Source: Robiginitomaculum sp.
GTDB lineage: Bacteria; Pseudomonadota; Alphaproteobacteria; Caulobacterales; Maricaulaceae
Direction of reading: 5' to 3'
Assembly (NCBI GenBank): GCA_002733385.1
Contig: NVVO01000008.1
Location: 13,686-59,514, forward strand
Length of the DNA stretch: 45,829 nucleotides
Part shown: piece after piece, positions 19,935-27,608 of the stretch
Layout of the letters: each line of letters begins with the position of its first letter
Numbering within the stretch: the stretch's first letter is position 1
Position numbers and translations under genes: made by a program
The notes under the pieces: model-generated
What the model was told of the DNA's origin: nothing
Databases searched by the model: none
The model's input: the letters and a program-made list of their open reading frames with translations, nothing else

Positions 19935-21875
19935 ATGCTTGCTTCAACTGAGAACGCCGGGGGGAAACCCAAAAGGATCGTCACTGCCAAATTAGCATTG
20001 AAACATGTAGAGGTCGGGCGGATCATGTCTGTAGGGTCCTCACAGGTCGTAATCGCGGTCAATAAAACAATTATCCGCAACAATCAGTTGCATTTACTTG
20101 AGCTTGGCACAGTTTTGAAAATTCTGACCAATAGCTCTTTGGTTGTGGCCATGGTTTCAAACTTGAAAGTTGGCGCAGCTGATGATGAAGGTATGAATGA
20201 TGGCTGTATTGCGAATTTAAGCATCCTCGGGGAAATATCGACCAATAAGACAACCCGCGAAACTAAATTTTTTAGAGGCGTAAGGACGTTTCCGGTACTG
20301 AACCAGCCTGCGCTGACCATGAAGTCCGACGAGCTTGAAATGATATTTTCTACGGGGGATACACCCAGTATTGCCGTCGGGCGCATGCAACAGGACGAGA
20401 ATATCGTGGCGCGCGTCAAGACCAATGATTTATTGTCCAAACATTTTGCCATTATTGGTTCTACCGGTTCGGGCAAATCTTGTACGGTCGCATTGGTATT
20501 ACAGGCAATTTTGGACGAAAATCCAAATGCCCATATGGTTTTGTTCGACCCACACAATGAATACAGTAAAAGCTTCGGAGACCTTGCCACTGTGATCGGG
20601 CCAAGAGAATTCGATCTACCCATTTGGTTGTTTGATTTCGAAGAAACGGCTGAACTTTTAACTTCCGAAATTCTTGACCATAAGCGCGAGGAGATTGAAG
20701 TCCTGCATGATGTCATTCTTAAAGCAAAACAACTCTATGACCGGGCAAGAGGAGCGAACGGAATGGGCAGTGTCCCTGCCAAAATGGAAAATCTTGAACA
20801 AGAATTACACCGCGCCGCCGCGCATATTTCATTGGATTCGCCGGTTCCCTATAAAATGCAAGATGTGATCAAGTTGCTGGACTTTTATATGGGCCGGTTG
20901 GAAAACTCCGGTAATATAGGCCCGTATAAACGCTTAAAGCGCCGCATTAACAGCCTTATGGCCGACCCTCGCTATCAATTCATTTTTAGAAACCAGGCCG
21001 CCCCGCGCTCCATACAAGACATTACCGGCACTATATTTCGTATTCCGGTGGCGGGCAAGCCAATGTGTATTCTTGACTTTTCCGGCATACCGTCAGGCAC
21101 GATGAATATTGTCGTCTCCGTCGTCAGCCGCTTGGCATTTGAACTGGCCATGTGGAGCCAACGAAAAATTCCTATTCTTTTGGTGTGCGAGGAAGCCCAT
21201 AGATATATCCCGGCCGACAAATCACTGGGATTTGCGGCGACCCGGCGTTCTATTTCGCGCATTGCCAAGGAAGGGCGTAAATACGGCGTGTCCCTGGCAA
21301 TCATTTCCCAGCGGCCATCTGAACTTGAACCTTCAACCTTGTCACAGTGTAGCACGATTTTCTCAATGCGTCTGGGCAATGAACGCGACCAGAACTTTGT
21401 CCGCGCCGCCATTCCGGACGGGGCTGCGGATTTGTTGTCATTTTTACCGTCGCTCGGTACGGCGGAAACCATGGTGTTTGGAGAAAGCGTCAACTTACCC
21501 ATGCGCGTCGTGCTGGATAATTTGGCCGAAGAGCGCCGACCTCACAGCTCCAGCGCCGAATTCACCAAGTTGTGGAATGAAGATGATGTGTCGCCGGCAT
21601 TTATGGCCAATGTGTTTGAAAGCTGGCGAACCCGCACGAAAGTTCAGCCGGAAACTGCGCCCTCAACACAGCCAAACAAACTACATCCACACCCACAAGC
21701 TAGGCTACAGCCTGTATATCCAAATATTGCCAATCCAACTCCAATTTCTGGACAAAGGCTAGGGGTAGCGCAAGGACAAGGGCAAAGTTTAGTCCCCGCG
21801 CCAGTGCAAGAACCAGTCGGGCAAAGCATAAATGTTAAAAAAATGCTGAACCGGGCGTTTCATAGTAATATTTAG
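19935..21875 (+). CDS. HerA/DUF87-type P-loop ATPase with low-complexity Pro/Gln-rich tail
   Basis: 646 aa. Walker A FAIIGSTGSGKS, Walker B-like PILLVCEEAHRYIP, and GRKYGVSLAIISQRPSEL, typical of HerA/FtsK-like DUF87 ATPases. The last 100 aa or so are P/Q-rich. Confidence 0.7.
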   Translation: MLASTENAGGKPKRIVTAKLALKHVEVGRIMSVGSSQVVIAVNKTIIRNNQLHLLELGTVLKILTNSSLVVAMVSNLKVGAADDEGMNDGCIANLSILGEISTNKTTRETKFFRGVRTFPVLNQPALTMKSDELEMIFSTGDTPSIAVGRMQQDENIVARVKTNDLLSKHFAIIGSTGSGKSCTVALVLQAILDENPNAHMVLFDPHNEYSKSFGDLATVIGPREFDLPIWLFDFEETAELLTSEILDHKREEIEVLHDVILKAKQLYDRARGANGMGSVPAKMENLEQELHRAAAHISLDSPVPYKMQDVIKLLDFYMGRLENSGNIGPYKRLKRRINSLMADPRYQFIFRNQAAPRSIQDITGTIFRIPVAGKPMCILDFSGIPSGTMNIVVSVVSRLAFELAMWSQRKIPILLVCEEAHRYIPADKSLGFAATRRSISRIAKEGRKYGVSLAIISQRPSELEPSTLSQCSTIFSMRLGNERDQNFVRAAIPDGAADLLSFLPSLGTAETMVFGESVNLPMRVVLDNLAEERRPHSSSAEFTKLWNEDDVSPAFMANVFESWRTRTKVQPETAPSTQPNKLHPHPQARLQPVYPNIANPTPISGQRLGVAQGQGQSLVPAPVQEPVGQSINVKKMLNRAFHSNI

Positions 21876-21932
21876 AATTTACTCGCTGGGCATTTCAGTC
21901 TAGGTATAGCCGTAAATAACTTGAGGTGAATT

Positions 21933-22238
21933 ATGTATGCGATTATTCGACAACCAGCCCCAGATGCCTTGCAATCAGGCAGTCATGGCTACGAAAAATG
22001 GGTATTGGAGTTCCCCCGTGACCATAAAATTGTCATTGATCCACTGACCGGAAATACAGGTGCTGCGGATATGATGCAGGAGGTGAAACTCAATTTTGAC
22101 AGCAAAGAAGATGCGATTAGCTATGCCAAAGCCAACAGCATCGCTTTTCAATTGCTGGAACGCAAGCGGCATAAACCAAAGGGGCGTTCCTATAGCGAAA
22201 ACTTTGCCTTTGAGCGTAAATTTCCTTGGACGCATTAA
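21933..22238 (+). CDS. NDUFS4-like ETC complex I subunit conserved-region protein
   Basis: 101 aa. WVLEF......DPLTG.TG..DM..QV.L.F.SKEDAI.YA......F pattern of the alphaproteobacterial NDUFS4 (18-kDa subunit) homologues. Confidence 0.75.
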   Translation: MYAIIRQPAPDALQSGSHGYEKWVLEFPRDHKIVIDPLTGNTGAADMMQEVKLNFDSKEDAISYAKANSIAFQLLERKRHKPKGRSYSENFAFERKFPWTH

Positions 22239-22313
22239 AGGGGGACTCACTAAATAATGGACGCATTAAAGAGGGACACACTAAATAATGAACTCATTAA
22301 AGTGTGGACGCAT
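22227..22313 (+). repeat. 31-bp tandem repeat (about 2.8 units) spanning the stop codon of the NDUFS4-like gene
   Basis: tggacgcattaaagggggactcactaaataa (22227-22257), tggacgcattaaagagggacacactaaataa (22258-22288), then tgaactcattaaag and tggacgcatt. The first unit contains the last codons W-T-H-stop of the gene. Confidence 0.8.
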
Positions 22314-22342
22314 TCGTACGAACACCATATACACCCGCAAAC

Positions 22343-22419
<77 letters not shown>

Positions 22420-23830
22420 TTACTGTAAATGCATCCATATAATCAAATATCTGCCTTATGCTTACCCGAATAATATATCCGTGTCCGCCTCGCCATAATA
22501 TCGCTCCATCTTTAACCTAAATGTTAAAGTGTTGCGACGACCCGTTGAACTCACAGGGAAAAGCCGACGAAAACCAACTCAACAAAAACGGGCAGCATTC
22601 CCCTTACAAACTTTCGCAAAATGCTACGATAATTTCTGATAGTTCCGCAGGCACATCTTCTTGTAAGAAATGCCCGCCGCCTTTGACGATTTGGTGTGGT
22701 TGACCTTTGCAGCCCGGGATGAGTTTTTGGAAAACTTTGTCGGCGTCCTTGGTTATGGGGTCTTGGTCGGAGAAGCTGGTCAGGAAGGGTTTGTCCCACT
22801 TAGAGAGCACTTTCCACGCTTCAACATTGTCCGCCGCACCGTCCATATGGGGGCTGGTCGGAACGAGCGCAGGGAAAATGCGCGCACCGGCTTTATAGCT
22901 CTCATCAGGATAGGGCGCGTTATAGGCGTCTTTGACACCTTCGCCTAAATCGCTCACCGTCGCGCTGTCAATAATGCTGCCGACTGGAAACTCTGGCACA
23001 ACCTTGGCGAATTCACGCCATTTGGTGAACGCTTCGCCAGGGTCGCGGTCACCCGTTGGCAAGAAAGTATTGGCGGCTATGACGCCTGCAAACCGCTTTG
23101 GATATTTCGTGACAAGCCGCAAGCCGAGTAATCCACCCCAGTCTTGGCAAAACAGAACGGAATTGCTCACATCTAACTGTTCAAACCATTCGTTCATCCA
23201 GCAGACATGCCGCGTATAGCTGTAATCCGATGTCTTAGTCGGCTTATCTGATTTCCCAAAACCGATAAGGTCCGGCGCAATAACTCTGTAACCCGCCGCT
23301 GCGACGGCTTTAATCATACGGCGATAAAGAAATGACCAGCTTGGTTCGCCGTGCATCATAATGACAACACGACCATCCCGCGGCCCTGTGTCAACATAGT
23401 GCAGCCGTAGACCATCACCGACCGTCACATAGTTCGGCTTAAAATCATAATCAGGTAAGTTTTTAAATTGGCTATCAGGGGTACGCAAAGCTTTCATGGG
23501 GGATATCTCATTGTTTTCTACCTATTGCACCTTTGCATAATCGAGAGAGTTTGTAGAGTCTAAATTTTCAAGATTGTGGATGTCTGCTATTGGGGACTTT
23601 GAGACATGTAAAATTTGCATACCGACATTAACACACGTCAGGTAAGACGTGTTGTATGCTGCTTATATGGCTGAAGCAAGATTGTAGTTTTGACACATTT
23701 TTAGTCACACTTTGAGAATTGTATAAAATATACTAATAAATACAATAGCTTATACTATGGGTTGTCCGCCTTCTAAGCAGGGGGTTGTAGGTTCAAGTCC
23801 TACCGGAATCGCCATTACTGTAAATGCATC
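22420..23830. mobile_element. islet 1: about 1.4-kb tRNA-Arg-associated integrated remnant with no integrase
   Basis: Bounded by the intact tRNA-Arg and by an exact 63-bp direct repeat: 22373-22435 equals 23768-23830. The repeat covers the anticodon loop through CCA plus 16 nt. The only gene inside is a haloalkane dehalogenase. Confidence 0.6.
22604..23497 (-). CDS. haloalkane dehalogenase (HLD-I, DhlA/DhmA-like alpha/beta hydrolase)
   Basis: 297 aa, alignable by eye along its length with Xanthobacter DhlA. Shared stretches: RTPD..F.NL..Y.F.PNY, HGEPSWSFLYRRMI (DhlA HGEPTWSYLYRKMI), VIAPDLIGFGKSDKP, nucleophile elbow QDWGG, PYPDESYKAGARIFP, and catalytic His in GGHFLQED. Confidence 0.85.
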   Translation of the reverse strand: MKALRTPDSQFKNLPDYDFKPNYVTVGDGLRLHYVDTGPRDGRVVIMMHGEPSWSFLYRRMIKAVAAAGYRVIAPDLIGFGKSDKPTKTSDYSYTRHVCWMNEWFEQLDVSNSVLFCQDWGGLLGLRLVTKYPKRFAGVIAANTFLPTGDRDPGEAFTKWREFAKVVPEFPVGSIIDSATVSDLGEGVKDAYNAPYPDESYKAGARIFPALVPTSPHMDGAADNVEAWKVLSKWDKPFLTSFSDQDPITKDADKVFQKLIPGCKGQPHQIVKGGGHFLQEDVPAELSEIIVAFCESL

Positions 23831-23835
23831 AATAT
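23686..23835 (+). repeat. att-like repeat copy 2: about 80-bp arm plus tRNA-Arg 3' half
   Basis: The core 23768-23830 is identical to 22373-22435. The arm 23686-23767 (agtttgacacat...cacact...ctaataaatacaatagcttatactatgg) is recognisably homologous to 29656-29737. Confidence 0.8.
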
Positions 23836-23937
23836 GTCTGACCTCACACCGATTACCAATATTATGCTGCGTATTCGGTCTGGCGGAGTCCTGAGCCTCG
23901 GGAATCTGTTTTTCAAGTGCGCCACTAACTTAAATTT

Positions 23938-26178
23938 CTAGTTTTCAGTTGCGCAAGCTGCGCGCGTACATACCGGTACGATTAGCCGAGCGTCGATAAT
24001 GTTGATCACACCATCACCATTCAAATCACATACGTCACCGCACCGACTATCGGCAGTACTCAGGTTTTTGTCCGTGAGGAGTAAATTAATATCATTGCTA
24101 TCAACATCACCATCGCCGTCAATATCACCGCGAACAATATCTGGAACATTATTTACAATGACCGACGTTGTCGCTACGCGGACGAACTTTTCAACGACTT
24201 TTACGTTCGCGGGATCAATACCAGCAAACAAAGATTCCCCCTCATTAATTTGACTGCTCGGAGTTGTATTGACCGTGACGTCGAAGGTATAAGTTCCACT
24301 GCCGTCATAATTGCGAAATTCTGCTGTATAGATACCGTCACCAGCTATAAAATCCCCATTGGTTCCGTCATCAAACAGCGGAATATTTACGGGCCCGCCG
24401 TCAGGACGAATAACCGTTGCCGCAACTGCGCCGTTCGTGACCGCGATACCCTCAAATTGTGGGGTCGCTTCTATGATTATCGGGGCGGGAAAGACAATAT
24501 TTTCATCCCGGACACTCGCAAACAGAGCCCCCTTGCCACCGTCCGCAAACGATAAAAATTCCGCTCTGCCATCCGACACGGCATTCGCGGTAAATTCGGC
24601 CATCCATTCACCTGCTGCCGGGCTGGAAATCGTGAACTCAACGGCATTCCCCACATCATTCCGAACAACACCGCCGGAAGCCGTTACATCTGTACCCGCC
24701 GGGTCTAACAGTTTAATTGAGAAGTCATCTGAAGTTTGGGCGCGTGTAAAAATTACCGTAATCGTACTCACGTTATTTTCCACGAAAAGCGGAAAAGATT
24801 GAACTTCCGTATTTTGAAACTGAAGCGTGGGTTGTTGGGCCAATATTCCCTGGTTTGAGGCTTCGGCTGCCAGGCGAGCAAATTGCACTAGCAATTGAAA
24901 ACCATTCTGAACCTGAAAAAATTCTCCTCCGGTTTGTGTTCCGATTGTTTGTAAAGTCGACAATCCAGAACTCGATAGCCCACTGCCGATAGCAACCGAA
25001 ATAACGGCAACCCCTTCATTTTTTATCGACGGGATCACGCTTATGGGATTGGTTCCAGTGTTATGGTCTCCGTCACTGAACAGGATAATTAACTCGTTGC
25101 ACGATCTGGATGTTTGAGAAGTGAGTTGAGTTAAACCTGCCTGCAAACCACCTCCTATATTCGTCAACCCACTAGCGACTAGACTATTTGCGGCAGCATT
25201 CACGCTAGCAACATGTGCAGGTGTCGCCAAAGCAAGGTTAGTGTTAACACCCGCTGAAGAGGAGAATGAAGCCAAGCCTACCGAGTCTTGCGCTTTCAAT
25301 ATATTGGTAAATAGGGTTACACCCTGCTTGGCAAAACCAATACGATTGTCGGTCTGCATACTCCCGGATCGGTCGACAACCAGCATCGTTTTCAAGTTGC
25401 CTGATGCATCCTCGAAAGTGACTGTGTGTGCCGCGGGAGCTGCAGACACAGGTAATGCTTTCGGGGCTATAGCCGGGTATTTTGATTTTGCGATGGTTTC
25501 CCAATCTGACTCATTATTATTAATTGAACTTTGAAATGTATCCCGGTCTGGGTCGTGGTTTGATTTGACGCTCAATTCATTGAGCGTGTACGTTGTACCG
25601 TTCCCATTTGGGCCGCGACCACCTCGCGTAAAATAATTATCCATCAGCGAGTAATTCAATGTCGCTGTCTCAGCGCTGGCAGGCGCATTCTCGGCGTTCC
25701 CCATCGGACCTGAGTATTCGTCAGCGATACTATAGGCATGGTGAACATGTTCATGAGCAATTGTGTAGGAGTCGCCATCTACGCCACTTTTAGCGTTGAA
25801 ATTAGAGTCATAATACAAATTAACATGCTCGCCGCGTGTGCCGTATTTACCGAGTGTTGCGAAAGCTCTGCCGGAACCCGAATTTATCCAGTACTCTGCC
25901 GCTTTTGAAGCGCCGCTATCGTTGATGACACGAATGTTTCCAAATCTGTGCTGATTATCCGTAGCGTCAGCTAAAATTTGACTTCCAGAATTAAAACGTT
26001 CTTTTATGCGTTTAATTTGCGCATCAGAGGCTTTGAATCTTACAGATACGCAAAAATTGAAATGTCCATTACTGGCATCAAATTCACCGGTTCCGGCATT
26101 CGCATGGCCTGTGCCAAGCGGTGATATAATTGCCAGAACGGCAATCGCCGACACGAATGTGAAAAACTTGGACATCAT
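23938..26178 (-). CDS. secreted CLCA-like zinc metalloprotease / von Willebrand A protein with C-terminal dockerin
   Basis: Start at the ATG at 26178 (MMSKFFTFVSAIAVLAIISPLGTGHANA signal peptide) with AGGAG 7 nt upstream. HEHVHHAYSIADEY has the same spacing as the CLCA N-terminal protease motif HEWAHLRWGVFDEY. VWA MIDAS residues are VVDRSGSM ... GLTNIG ... FSDGD. Beta-rich domains follow, including a DDGTNGDFIAGDGIY motif. The last 65 aa are two dockerin repeats (GDIDGDGDVDSNDINLL and CDLNGDGVINIIDARLI). Confidence 0.75.
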   Translation of the reverse strand: MMSKFFTFVSAIAVLAIISPLGTGHANAGTGEFDASNGHFNFCVSVRFKASDAQIKRIKERFNSGSQILADATDNQHRFGNIRVINDSGASKAAEYWINSGSGRAFATLGKYGTRGEHVNLYYDSNFNAKSGVDGDSYTIAHEHVHHAYSIADEYSGPMGNAENAPASAETATLNYSLMDNYFTRGGRGPNGNGTTYTLNELSVKSNHDPDRDTFQSSINNNESDWETIAKSKYPAIAPKALPVSAAPAAHTVTFEDASGNLKTMLVVDRSGSMQTDNRIGFAKQGVTLFTNILKAQDSVGLASFSSSAGVNTNLALATPAHVASVNAAANSLVASGLTNIGGGLQAGLTQLTSQTSRSCNELIILFSDGDHNTGTNPISVIPSIKNEGVAVISVAIGSGLSSSGLSTLQTIGTQTGGEFFQVQNGFQLLVQFARLAAEASNQGILAQQPTLQFQNTEVQSFPLFVENNVSTITVIFTRAQTSDDFSIKLLDPAGTDVTASGGVVRNDVGNAVEFTISSPAAGEWMAEFTANAVSDGRAEFLSFADGGKGALFASVRDENIVFPAPIIIEATPQFEGIAVTNGAVAATVIRPDGGPVNIPLFDDGTNGDFIAGDGIYTAEFRNYDGSGTYTFDVTVNTTPSSQINEGESLFAGIDPANVKVVEKFVRVATTSVIVNNVPDIVRGDIDGDGDVDSNDINLLLTDKNLSTADSRCGDVCDLNGDGVINIIDARLIVPVCTRAACATEN

Positions 26179-26203
26179 GATTGTGCTCCTCAAAATTTAC
26201 GAT

Positions 26204-27055
26204 CTATGGTTGTCGGACTTTAGCATATTCAAAAATACTGAATTGCACTAAACCCGTATCAAATCTAAACATCCCTTCTTTAATTTTTATTCGGTTTATT
26301 GCCCGACCGGAATGTTCGAAAGGAATAAAAATACGAGGCTTATGCAAGCAGGCCTCTAGTGCCGTATTTCCGACAATAGTTTCCAAAGTTCGTTGTTTGA
26401 TGAGACTGTCGGAATTAATCCCTTTGGCACGTCGCGAGCTAACGGTTTCGCACCGCAGTGCGGCATTGACGACGGAAGAGGAGGCGGTGTTTGGCAATTC
26501 TTGCATGTCCCTAAATACGTCTAAAAAATCGTGGATTTGCTTGGATTTAGCGAGGTTCAAACTGCGCATGGAAGCCAAAGCATTGGAAGCGAAATGTGCA
26601 AAATGCACAGTATGAATATCTCCTTCAACCACTCCTGTCGGACGCTTGGCGACCACCATCTCCTTGTTCGTCGCATCGGTCCAGGTGGATAGATAAATCT
26701 GTGCAAGTTCAGGAGTAATCATTTTGTACCGAATGTCTGAAATTGTCAGGCCATTTGGTTGATAGGCGACGATCTGAACACAACCCGTATCTGCAATACT
26801 TATCTGGCGAGCGGTAAAGTCAAGAAGAGGTTTATGATTGAGAATTAGGGTTTTCTTCGGTGCAGGTGAACGCAAGCAATCGGATACTATCCCCTGCAAA
26901 GCCGGTTCGGTTCTCTGGGCGCTAGTAATGGAACTGGCCATGCTGGGTCGACAAGAAACAAGAAACAAGCCAACAAATATAGTTTTCACTATGCTTGGCG
27001 TGCCCAATTTAATTCTGCAGATGAGACCCCGCGCAATATGAGAAAACAATTTCAT
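26204..27055 (-). CDS. hypothetical lipoprotein/secreted protein (operon member)
   Basis: Start at the ATG at 27055 (MKLFSHIARG...), 4 nt after the upstream stop. Hydrophobic segment IFVGLFLVSC (possible lipobox). About 250 aa with no motif I recognise. Its stop lies 25 nt upstream of the dockerin-protein start. Confidence 0.5.
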   Translation of the reverse strand: MKLFSHIARGLICRIKLGTPSIVKTIFVGLFLVSCRPSMASSITSAQRTEPALQGIVSDCLRSPAPKKTLILNHKPLLDFTARQISIADTGCVQIVAYQPNGLTISDIRYKMITPELAQIYLSTWTDATNKEMVVAKRPTGVVEGDIHTVHFAHFASNALASMRSLNLAKSKQIHDFLDVFRDMQELPNTASSSVVNAALRCETVSSRRAKGINSDSLIKQRTLETIVGNTALEACLHKPRIFIPFEHSGRAINRIKIKEGMFRFDTGLVQFSIFEYAKVRQP

Positions 27056-27059
27056 TGTA

Positions 27060-27557
27060 TTACTCAAACTGAACATCGGTGGAGACCGTCAAATAGGATT
27101 CCTTATCGGAGCTAGACTCTATATCGCGGTAGGTCATTTCCCATTTTAGCGGCATCGTTTCGCTCGATTCGATTAAACCGTCGACGATAGAATTTAAGAT
27201 GATGGCTCCTGGTGCCGTTTTCACCACATTTTCAGGCAGGTTCGAAAAAGTAATATCGCTTGATGTAAATTGCATGAATTCTGGAATCTCACGGAGAAAC
27301 AATTTGAAGTCTTTAATGTTTGTATTCGACGTTTTTTCTACAAGGACATCGTAAGTGTATTGTTCTGGTTTGGTTCCGACGCCACCTATGAATTTCAAAG
27401 ATATCTTCAGAGAGAGTGGCTGCAATACGACTGGCGGCGGAGCTTGAATAACAGGTGCAATGGGTGTTTCAGCCCCACCACCACCGCAGGCGGAAGTCAA
27501 ACCTCCAACTACAATCAAAATCCCCATCTTTAATAAATCAAAGTTTTTCACAATCAT
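27060..27557 (-). CDS. small lipoprotein (operon member)
   Basis: 165 aa. Lipobox GGLTSAC followed by a GGGG/Pro-rich linker (APVIQAPPPVV) and a beta-rich domain of about 110 aa. No recognisable family. Confidence 0.55.
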   Translation of the reverse strand: MIVKNFDLLKMGILIVVGGLTSACGGGGAETPIAPVIQAPPPVVLQPLSLKISLKFIGGVGTKPEQYTYDVLVEKTSNTNIKDFKLFLREIPEFMQFTSSDITFSNLPENVVKTAPGAIILNSIVDGLIESSETMPLKWEMTYRDIESSSDKESYLTVSTDVQFE

Positions 27558-27608
27558 CCCTTTGTCTTAATCCGTTAATTTTAACGCAAAAGTGCATGCA
27601 CAACAGAA

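Noticed and set aside
19935-21875. HerA-like ATPase as part of an anti-phage defence system.
   Set aside because: No adjacent effector (NurA, SIR2 or DUF4297-type nuclease), and no island hallmarks around it. The flanking genes look like core genes.
22227-22313. The 31-bp repeats as a mini CRISPR array.
   Set aside because: The units are directly contiguous with no spacers, there are only about 2.8 copies, there are no cas genes in the window, and the first unit is part of a coding sequence.
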